Source of the DNA: Macrostomum lignano
Taxonomy: Eukaryota
DNA length: 64,000 bases
Assembly: GCA_002269645.1 (NCBI GenBank)
Contig: NIVC01001638.1
Coordinates: 192,219-256,218, forward strand
Direction of reading: 5' to 3'
Shown here piece by piece: positions 55,101 through 64,000 of the stretch. The notes below the pieces were generated by a model. That model saw nothing but the letters and a program-made list of their open reading frames with translations. It searched no databases and was not told where the DNA came from. Every line of letters begins with the position of its first letter. The stretch's first letter is position 1. Made by a program: the position numbers and the translations under genes.

Positions 55101-58100
55101 GGTATGAACTGCCGACGAGGTGGAAAGTGCGGCGTTGATGGTTGCAGAAAATTCCACCATCGTCTGCTGCATTCGACAACAAGGTCGGAATCGAAAGAGA
55201 AGCCAGAAGGCAAAGCCGGCGCTGAGCAAGAAATGCAGTCGAAGCCGAAAGCTGCAACCGTGACAATGGTAGCTAGAGAAGCCAGTGCGGTTTCACTTCG
55301 AACGGTTCCGGTCATTCTTAAGGCGAATAGGCGAGCTGTGAAGATCAATGCCTTACTTGATGACGCCAGCACAAAGACCTATTTGAATACGGCGATAGCA
55401 TCCAAGCTGCTGGAGGCCTGCACGGCAAACAGGAATCAATGCAGGTAAACGTGTTGAACGGACAGGTGGAAACCTTCATAACAGCACCAGTGTCATGCAC
55501 CTTGGAGAGTACTGACGGCCAAATAAGCAAGGAGATTACTGCGCTGACGGTAGATAGAGTGACCGGGAGCATGGAAGTAGTAGATTGGCAAAAATTGGCG
55601 TCGAAATGGTCGCACTTAGGAAACATTCCGTTTCCAAGAAGGCAAACATCAGCGGAGGTTGACTTGCTGATCGGAGCTGATCACACCGACTTGCATGCGT
55701 CGCATCTAGAAGTGTGTGGCAAGCCTGGAGACCGCAAGCCCGTCTAACACCTTTAGGTTGGACCTGCATTGGCAAGGTTGATGGAGCTTCGGAACGCTCT
55801 TTATTTGCGAGCACATTCTTCAGCGGAGGCGAATTCGAGAACTTGGCCCCATTGTTGCGCCAATGCTGGGAAGTTGAAGAGCTTCAGCGGGTGGAGTCAC
55901 CTTCATTCACGAATTCAGAGCAGCTTGCCCTGGAATGCACTCGATCATCGCTGAAGTTCATTGACGGGCAATACCAGGTTGGGTTTCCATGGGAACCGGA
56001 TGCCAAGCTACAAGACAACAACTTCGAGATGGCCATTAAGCGGCTTGGAAACTCTGAGAAGCGGCTCCTCAAGGATCTGGAAATAGCCAAAAAGTACCAG
56101 GACGTCATCAATCGCTGCGAGAAAGTAGGCCACGTCAGAAGGGTGCTGCAGAATGAGCATCAGGCTATGAAAAGGTACTACCTTCCGCATTTCCCAGTGG
56201 TGGCAACGCGTGCAGTTCATTTAAAAATGGCGTATGGCCTTGATACAAGCAGCTTCCTAAACTCGTTGTTTCGCATGATCAGTCGCCGAGGTCAAGTTCT
56301 GGAAATCTTCTCAGACAATGGAACTGATTTTGTTGGTGCAGATAGAGAACTAAAGGAGCTGTGCAAGTCGATGGACAAGAACGCATTGCAGTCATGCACA
56401 TCTTACGTACCGATCAAGTGGCACTTTAATTCGCCTGCGGCTCCGCACTTCGGCGGTGTGCATGAGTCAATGATAAATTTAACAAAGAGGGCGATAAATG
56501 CGATCTTGAGAACGGCAGAAGTCAGCGATGAACAGCTTGTAACAGCATTTGCCGGAGCAGAGCCGCTGCTGAACTCGCGACCTTTGACCTACCAGTCGTC
56601 CCATCCTGGCGACGATCCGGTCCTGACGCCAGCGCACTTCCTGTACGGGCATGTCGGCGGACAGCTGGCACCAGAGACCGCGGCTGACGAGGTGTTCAAC
56701 CCAACCAAGAGGTAGCGCTACGTGCAGCAGCTGGTGCAGTCCTTTTGGCGGCGATGGCTCCGAGAGTGGCTGCCAGCTAGTGAATAGCATGCAGTCAGGC
56801 TCTGACCTCAGCAAGCAAACATCTCGATCAAAATACCAAGTGCACTTCCGCTCTTTCATGTCAGACCTGACAAAGTGATTTGCCTTTGAGGGAACAAAAA
56901 TTTAAAATAGCTATATATTACTTACAGGTAAATGTCACCGGAATAGAGGCGTTGATTTCGCAATAGGAACTGGCGACGGCTGCAATGACGACCTTTCCAG
57001 CAGGACCGCTGTTGTGCCCATTCGATCCCTCGGGGTTCCTGCCCGATGCGTCCACGAAGCTGCCGCCTCCGCCTCCTTCATCTCCGCTGCTGCTTCCAGT
57101 TCCGCCGCAACCACCGGAGTAGCCGCCGCCTCCGCCGCCGCCGCCTTCACTGTCACTACCGTCTGTGCCGCCGCCTCCGCCGCCTCCGCCGTAGCCACCA
57201 TCGCCGTTGCTGTTTGCGCCGCCTCCCGCCCAGCTTCCGGTGGCACTCTTTCCTCCATAGCCTCCATCGTCGCCTGTGGGTCCGGAACCTCCAGCAGAGC
57301 CCCAACCAGCGCCACTGCCGCCAGACCTGTCAGTGCCCTTGCTGGGACCTCCCTGTCCGACAGTCGAGCCGGAACAAGTGCTGCTAGTGCCAGCGTTGCC
57401 GTCTTTTCCCGTGTCCGAGTTGGAGCCATCACCGCCTCCGCCGCCTCCTCCGGCAGCCAGAAGCAGCTGATCAGAGTTACTGCTTCTGGTTATATAGACA
57501 AAGGTTCCGCCTCCACCGCCGCCGCCGCCATTAGAGTCGCTATCGCTTCCGGCATCGGTCCCAGACTTTCCCACGACAATCGTGAGCGTCTCAATCAGAT
57601 TGAAATAGGCCATTTTGTAAGCTCCTTTGCCTCCAGTTGCACCTTTTGTTGACTGGCCACCGTTGGCGCCCCATGTTTCGATTTTGTAGCAGGTGTTCAC
57701 TTCCGGTGGTGTGAAGAATTGCACTAATCCCGTTTTGCCAGTTGTGCCATTCGCTGAAATGCGGTTGATAGAGTGTGCGTTCAGTGGTAATGCGATTGTA
57801 AAGACACAGAACTGCATGATGTTTTGAATGCAGCTATCAGTATTATCAGGCATATATCGCAGCCAAGTTATGGCCAAGAAGTCAAAACTAAGAGACCTGC
57901 CGTCGCCCAGATTCAAAGGGTGCTTGTTGTTGACGCTACTTTGTAGCTATCGACCCGCGCGATACCATCAATGACCACTGGAACCCTGGTGAGCTCCATT
58001 GCCACACCGACGGTTCTAAGCAGTCAGTCAACACCGGCTTTGATGTTGGAATTTTCCTGAACGGTAGGGTCATCGCACCCACGCCCAGTATACTTGGATC

Positions 58101-60496
58101 AACTCCTGTGTCTTCCAAAATGAAGTTCTTGCTATCAGTTCCTGCAGTGTAGTGCTTCTCGTCACTTGTGTTGCTGGTAAGAACATCATTTTCTGCAACA
58201 CTGCGGCATTGGTCTCGTTTTCTACTCTAAGTTCACTCATAGACCGTGTCGGACAACTTAGAATGCTGTCGATATAATTTAATAATTATTACCTTGATTC
58301 AGCACGAATAAGCAAACAAAAAGTGCAAGTCCCTATTAAGCTGCGGAGAGGTGGGTCAGATAAGTAGTGTGCCCGATCAATCAAGCTGTGGAAGCTTTTG
58401 ATTCAACCAGTCGGATACTCAACCTGCTGGTGAGTAAACTGTGGGAGTCTACAGCGACCGAGGCTGCCGTCGAGGCTGCGACAGAGTGCTGCTGTCGATC
58501 TAGTCGAAGTCATTTCTCACTATTCACCTGTGCTGTAGGTCCAAAAAGACTTTGTTGATTGGATGCTAAAGGGGAAAAGGCCGAAATCCTTAGGAGAAGG
58601 GAGGGGGAAAGCAGCGTCAGACAGCGAGAATTGAACGGAGTTTCAGTGGTTGGAGCAACGGGTGTCAACTGTCGACGCGAGCAACGCCTCTGATTGGCTG
58701 AGCTTAAGGTCCCAAAAGCCACCCGATCACCTGCTTTCTTTCTACCTCTTTGAGGGCAAGAATTTAATATTTTTTGGCTCCAATCGCTGTCACGAAATGA
58801 TTTACAACCGTAAAATTATGTAAAAATTGCATTTCTAAAAAGAGTTTGAAGTGACAGTGAATTACATGTGGAACAATACTTCTATTAAATACAGTAAGAA
58901 TTCCATAATCCCAGAGAAAAATTGGCAAAAATATGATTACGGCCTACTGCCAGTAGCGTATACTGTACCATTTAAATATAAATTTTTTAAACCCTGCTTC
59001 TGCCTACCATTAAAGATGACCGACGACATAGCCGTCGTTTTTGTAGTCGTAGTGGTCATATTTTGAGTCGTGGTGGGGGTAGTCCAATTTGAAGCTGTAG
59101 TAGTCGAAGCCCCTGTGGTCGTAGTCGGAGCCTCTGTGGTCGTAGTCGGATCCCCTGTGGTCGTAGTCGGAGCCCCTGTGGTCGTAGTCGGAGCCTCTGT
59201 GGTCGTAGTCGGAGCTTCTGTGGTCGTAGTCGAAGCCCCTGTGGTCGTAGTCGGAGCCCCTGTGGTCGTAGTCGGAGCCCCTGTGGTCGTAGTCGGAGCC
59301 TCTGTGGTCGTAGTCGGAGCTTCTGTGGTCGTAGTCGAAGCCCCTGTGGTCGTAGTCGGAGCCCCTGTGGTCGTAGTCGGAGCCCCTGTGGTCGTAGTCG
59401 GAGCCCCTGTGGTCGTAGTCGGAGCCTCTGTTGTCGTAGTCGGAGCCCCTGTGGTCGTAGTCGGAGCCCCTGTGGTCGTAGTCGGAGCCCCTGTGGTCGT
59501 AGTCGGAGCCTCTGTGGTCGTAGTCGAAGCCCCTGTGGTCGTAGTCGGAGCCCCTGTGGTCGTAGTCGGAGCCCCTGTGGTCGTAGTCGGAGCCCCTGTG
59601 GTCGTAGTCGGAGCCCCTGTGGTCGTAGTCGGAGCCTCTGTTGTCGTAGTCGGAGCCCCTGTGGTCGTAGTCGGAGCCCCTGTGGTCGTAGTCGGAGCCC
59701 CTGTGGTCGTAGTCGGAGCCCCTGTGGTCGTAGTCGGAGCCCCTGTGGTCGTAGTCGGAGCCCCTGTGGTCGTAGTCGGAGCCTCTGTTGTCGTAGTCGG
59801 AGCCCCTGTGGTCGTAGTCGGAGCCCCTGTGGTCGTAGTCGGAGCCTCTGTGGTCGTAGTCGAAGCCCCTGTGGTCGTAGTCGGAGCCCCTGTGGTCGTA
59901 GTCAGAGCCTCTGTTGTCGTAGTCGGAGCCCCTGTGGTCGTAGTCGGAGCCCCTGTGGTCGTAGTCGGAGCCCCTGTGGTCGTAGTCGGAGCCTCTGTTG
60001 TCGTAGTCGAAGCCCCTGTGGTCGTAGTCGGAGCCCCTGTGGTCGTAGTCGGAGCCTCTGTGGTCGTAGTCGGAGCCCCTGTGGTCGTAGTCGGAGCCTC
60101 GGTGGTCGTATTCGAAGTCGCAATCGGAGTCATGGTGTTCGGAGCCGTAGTAGTCATCGAAGCAGACTCACAATCTGCTCTGGTTCGCAGCACCTGCGTG
60201 TTGCAGACCGGCCCGCTACTGAGCTGCCAGTAAAGCAGCAGGTCGCAGCTGTCTCCCAGAATGCATGACCGGTTGCTAGGCAAGTACTCATAGACTGAGC
60301 ACAGGGCCGTGTTGCTCGCGCATTCGACAGCGCACACTCGAGCATCGGCAACACCGAGCACTGTGCGCTGACCGCTCGCAGCAGTCACAGCATTGTAGCA
60401 CAGGTCCGGCCTCTTGTCGAAGACAAAGGTAATCGTGGCTGTAAGTGAAATTAGAACTGCCAATATAATGGCAGTTCTGAAAAGACATGTAGACAT
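52160..60496 (-). CDS. Host gene 2: secreted PAN + long mucin + two ALK/LTK-type glycine-rich domains (3 exons predicted)
   Basis: Exons 60496-59008, 57753-56926, 52959-52160. Donors GTAGGC and GTAAGT, acceptors CATTTCAG, all phase 1 and in frame. Signal peptide MSTCLFRTAIILAVLISLTAT. Confidence 0.68.
52180..57925. repeat. ~950-bp direct duplication (52180-53130 and 56975-57925) of the Gly-rich exon plus upstream intron
   Basis: Near-identical sequence and translations, with scattered substitutions. Confidence 0.93.
53930..56790 (+). mobile_element. BEL/Pao LTR retrotransposon relic (gag, protease, integrase; RT/RNase H deleted)
   Basis: LLQLRQYLRG..LKVIE gag; CFRCLGHGHIGMNC and CGVDGCRKFHHRLLH knuckles; ALLDDAS protease; YYLPHFPVV fused directly to ATRAVHL..FSDNGTDF..APHFGGVHESMI. 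Confidence 0.88.
59095..60110 (-). repeat. 21-bp coding minisatellite (GAPTTTT/EAPTTTT heptads), ~48 units
   Basis: GTGGTCGTAGTCGGAGCCCCT tandem units; frame preserved throughout. Confidence 0.95.
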
Positions 60497-61199
60497 TAAT
60501 TAATTCTGGCTGATAAAGCAAGCTGCAAATAAACACCGACTGTGTAAGCGGAGGTATTAGTGAGTGAGGCTAAGTTGATGCAGCAACTTTAGCTATTTCT
60601 AGCCGTCATTCGTACGTGCGCTTCACCCACCTCATCGGCCTGGACAAGGTCTCCAGCACGGAGAAACTACGGAGTAAATAAGTTTTGTTACCGAGGTAAC
60701 TCAGTTTAAATGATGTACGTACAGAATTTCTATAGCCTCAACTTGAGTTGCAATGCAGTCAATGCAGCCCATCTGTAGGTTAGAGCAGAAGTCAAAGAGG
60801 CATATCTCTATGCGCATTCTTGAGAATCTGCTTCCCATGCCTAGTTAATTCCTTACGCTGCAGGTAAAAAAAGCATAGCTTAACTGCAGGGATGTAGAGA
60901 CCAACTCCCGCACTAAGAAAAGTTTTCTAGCTGTTCTAGTGCCTGCTTCTCTGTGGGTGGAAGCTAACTAAGCTGCAACATGTTTTAAAGAGCTATTGTT
61001 CTTTACACCTCACTCCCTTAACTATCGACAGTCATGTTAGGGCTTGGTTTGACTTTCTACTGATACCTCGGCCAGTCAGTCCCCACAAAAATACCACCTC
61101 CATTAGAATTATCCATTACAAAAATTACAACTTTATTGCTTGCTCTATCGGTTTCAATCCTCATTTTTTAACCTCTTGGTTCACCAACCATCTCCTGAA

Positions 61200-61345
61200 T
61201 GTCCAGAGCAACCAGAGCCGCCTGCTGAGCACCGAAAGCCTTCTGAACACCGAAAGCCTCCAGAGCAGTCTGCTGAGCACCGAAAGCCTCCAGAGCAGTC
61301 TGCTGAGCACCGAAAGCCTTCAGAGCAGTCTGCTGAGAAGTTTAA
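61200..61345. repeat. 30-bp tandem repeat (CAGAGCAGTCTGCTGAGCACCGAAAGCCTC)
   Basis: Three to four copies read directly. Confidence 0.85.
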
Positions 61346-61700
61346 ATCGCCTGTTGTCATTTCTTCATAGTCCTTGAACACCATTAAGCCGAAAACTTCA
61401 CTACAAGCCCAGGCAGCTTTCTTCACTTCGTGTCACGCCGTTAAAACAGTCATGCCCCAATTGGCCTTTTTTCTCGTCGTCACAGGAGCACTCTCCAGCA
61501 TTACTCGGTCAATCGCTTCATTTGACATAATCTTGAATCGGGCTTCTTCGGGCTTCTCCAGTCCAATCTACTCGGCCACATGAGAAAATTGTGCTGAGAC
61601 GCCGGATTGTTGTTCTAAAAGAGAAGTTGAAGAACTCGTCCAGCGAACTTCCTCCATGTTTACTTTGATGGTCACAAATGCTTGTGTGTCTTCGAATTCT
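61345..61700 (-). pseudogene. Possible Crypton/DUF3504-like N-terminal remnant
   Basis: EAIDRVMLESAPVTTRKKANWGMTVF ... YEEMTTGDLNF resembles the T..W....F..W / LN pattern; broken by stops and repeats. Confidence 0.3.
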
Positions 61701-61804
61701 AACGTGAAATATTTATGTTTGTCAGTCGACAGATATTTGTGGGGTGGTAGTAATGCGATGCACTGAAAGTGAAGAAGAGGGAAGCTGATTGGCTGCAGGG
61801 GAAA

Positions 61805-61955
61805 GAGGGGTACAATGTACGCGGAGGAGAGAGGGGTACAATGTACGCGGAGGAGAGAGGGGTACAATGTACGCGAGGAGAGAGGGGTACAATTTACGCG
61901 GAGGAGAGAGGGATACAATGTACGCGGAGGAGAGAGGGGTACAATGTACGCAGAG
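61805..61955. repeat. ~25-bp tandem repeat (GAGAGAGGGGTACAATGTACGCGGA)
   Basis: About six copies read directly. Confidence 0.85.
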
Positions 61956-64000
61956 AGTACATGTCAGACTGGGCCAGGCTTTAAATTGCCACCAAAAACG
62001 TTTGATGCTACGCCTCGGCCAGAGAAACTGCGCAGCCATAGAAACGTTTTTGGGGTGGGGCATCATCTTATCCTTAAGCGCCCGGGGTGTATCTTCGCCA
62101 GTCAATTCAGTGTACTGATTGATTTTATATTCAATAATATGAGTATTAAGCAAAGTTGATCCTTAATGGGAAGCGCGAATTTTTAGGCTTAAATTCATTC
62201 AATATTATACAGGCGAAGATTTTACTTTAGCAGCTTCGACAGCCAAAATTTGGCAGTTCACCTGCCCTTTAATTCAGTTTCCATCGACTTTCAATGGCTG
62301 CGATTTGTGCCACCGAAACTGCAACTGAAATAATGCTAAGAAATCAAACCTTACTATTTAGCAATTAAATTTTTATGCAGAGCACAATGCAGAGCAACCT
62401 ATCGAAGTAAAAAAGCATTAGAGAGCAATGGTGTACACTGCAATAAAAATGACATCGGAAATGATCAAAAAAGAGCGCAGCGTCATTGAACAAAGCAAAG
62501 ATCAAGGCCTCGGTCGAATAAAATCTCACCAGAGCAAAAGCAGCAACTGGGGACACAAAACTGGAGTCTTAAAGTCTTCTTTGGGCCTCCGATCCCACAG
62601 CCAGATTCTACTCGTGACGATCCTCCTCCTTGCCTGCTTCTTCTTTCTTCGATCTCTTCTTCCTTCTGGCTGCGAGGTTGTTTGGCAGGTGGCTCCAAGT
62701 CGGTATCGACACTGATTAACAACATTTTCTCCTGCTCCTGCACCAGGACGTCCTGTCAGTCGCATTCCTATTTTTGTGCTCTCGTCTTGATGTCGGCCAG
62801 TCGCTTCTTGTAGTCGTCCAGCTGCTGCTGCTGCTGTGCTACGACTTCAGCGAGCGATGCCCTCTGTGACGTTGTCAGTTTAAGTAGCCCCGCCAAGGGC
62901 CGTTTTGACATACGGTACCAATCTATAATATTATTAGTTTCGTTCTCTCACGTCTGCTTAAAGTAGTGCCCTAAGAATTTTAATCAGCTGCGTGCATTTG
63001 TAAAGCCTGCGTACAGCGCGCGATCGATAATTTCTGTTTTCTGTTTTTCCCAGCCGGCCAATAGAAAAGCTGCGCATTAATTATACTAAGTTCTCCTCGC
63101 GCGCCCACCCCCAGCCCGCTCCTTATCAGTTCTGTCTGGCCGTGCGCTCGGGGTTATCTTGGAGCCTGGCTTTGCGTCCCCGCCTGTAGACCCCTGCCGC
63201 CCGGCCCTCTTGTTTGTTTGCCTTCTCTTCCTGCCTCACTCCGCCACGGCCCTAGGCCACGCCTCTGCCACTCTCAGTCACGCCACTTCTACTACCTAAG
63301 CTATCTAACTCATTGTCGTGTAGCCGCCAGTGTATCGTTACGAATCCAACTTGTATTTTGACCTGTCTCTGTTGACAATAAACAATAAACCAAGTCTGCG
63401 GCCATTGATCGCATTAACATTAACTGATATTGCTACTGCCAAGTGCTACCGCTACAAAATTGCCTCTGCCGTATTCATTTGCCTTCGCCGATTTCTCTCG
63501 AGGCCGCCACATTAATACGTCACACCCTCAACCTGAACATTATCGACAAATAAGGGACAAATAATGCACAAATAATTCATTACCCACACATAATGCGCGA
63601 TTTAGTCTCACTGTAAAAATTTCATATTCCTGCTACTTGCAAATTTTGCTCGCTCAAACTGAGAGTCCATCTGTGGCAATCTAAATTAGCAATTTTTCTC
63701 TTTCATCAATTTTCGGAAAAAAGTTTGTCAAACAAAAAAATGCAATTTGGAAAACCATATACAACCTGAAATCAAAATTGACCTAGTTGACAAAGTTAGC
63801 GGGTATAAGTAATTAATGATCGGTCATTAGAAGAAAAGTTCTAATCTTTAGAATGCCAGTTATATTTAATTGCAAAGAGCTTTATGTGTTTAAAAATGGG
63901 ACCGACTAAACTTTATATCTATCAGAAAGTACAGCTCCTGCCTCGTTACCAAGAACTCTGGAGTTATTGAAGACTTGTAGGAACTTCTTAGAATCATTTG

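Noticed and set aside
43482-57652. Ala/Arg-rich alternative-frame and antisense ORFs over the Gly-rich exons
   Set aside because: Stop-poor GC-rich shadows of GGC/GGA repeats.
59070-60233. 387-aa Val-rich plus-strand ORF (also 45723-45998)
   Set aside because: Antisense shadow of the Thr-rich mucin repeats.
62880-63450. GC-rich block followed by AATAAA as a solo LTR
   Set aside because: No convincing TG...CA ends, TSD or second copy in the window.

Overview
Eukaryotic (animal) genomic DNA, not prokaryotic: it has GT-AG introns, microsatellites and nested retroelements. The RTE-LINE remnant, TTAGGG tract and gene content remind me of a Macrostomum-like flatworm, but that is unverified recall. 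(1) 1-10.9 kb: an endogenous Polinton/Maverick (adintovirus-like) element, left end off-window. It carries integrase, an adenovirus pX-like protein, pPolB, adenain-like protease, packaging ATPase, core-like proteins, and major and minor capsid genes. Its pPolB lacks the whole exonuclease/palm core, INT and ATPase are broken, and one gene is split by a Mutator/foldback-type MITE with a 9-bp TSD. (2) 12.4-27.4 kb: a second, different element bounded by 359-bp inverted repeats. It encodes a ~1276-aa protein-primed PolB split by six spliceosomal introns, three of which cut polymerase motifs A, B and C. It also has a divergent PC4-like gene, another spliced gene, and a Pol III-type tRNA/VA-like RNA candidate, but no visible capsid, integrase or ATPase. 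A gag-less Ty3/Gypsy element is nested inside it. (3) 28-42 kb: microsatellites, a Penelope 3' end with a minimal hammerhead, a ~21-bp satellite interrupted by an RNase H LINE, and a near-intact Ngaro-type tyrosine-recombinase retrotransposon. (4) 43-60.5 kb: two paralogous spliced host genes for secreted PAN + Thr-rich mucin + ALK/LTK-type glycine-rich proteins, with RTE and BEL/Pao relics between or inside them. All gene models were traced by hand. No searches were run.
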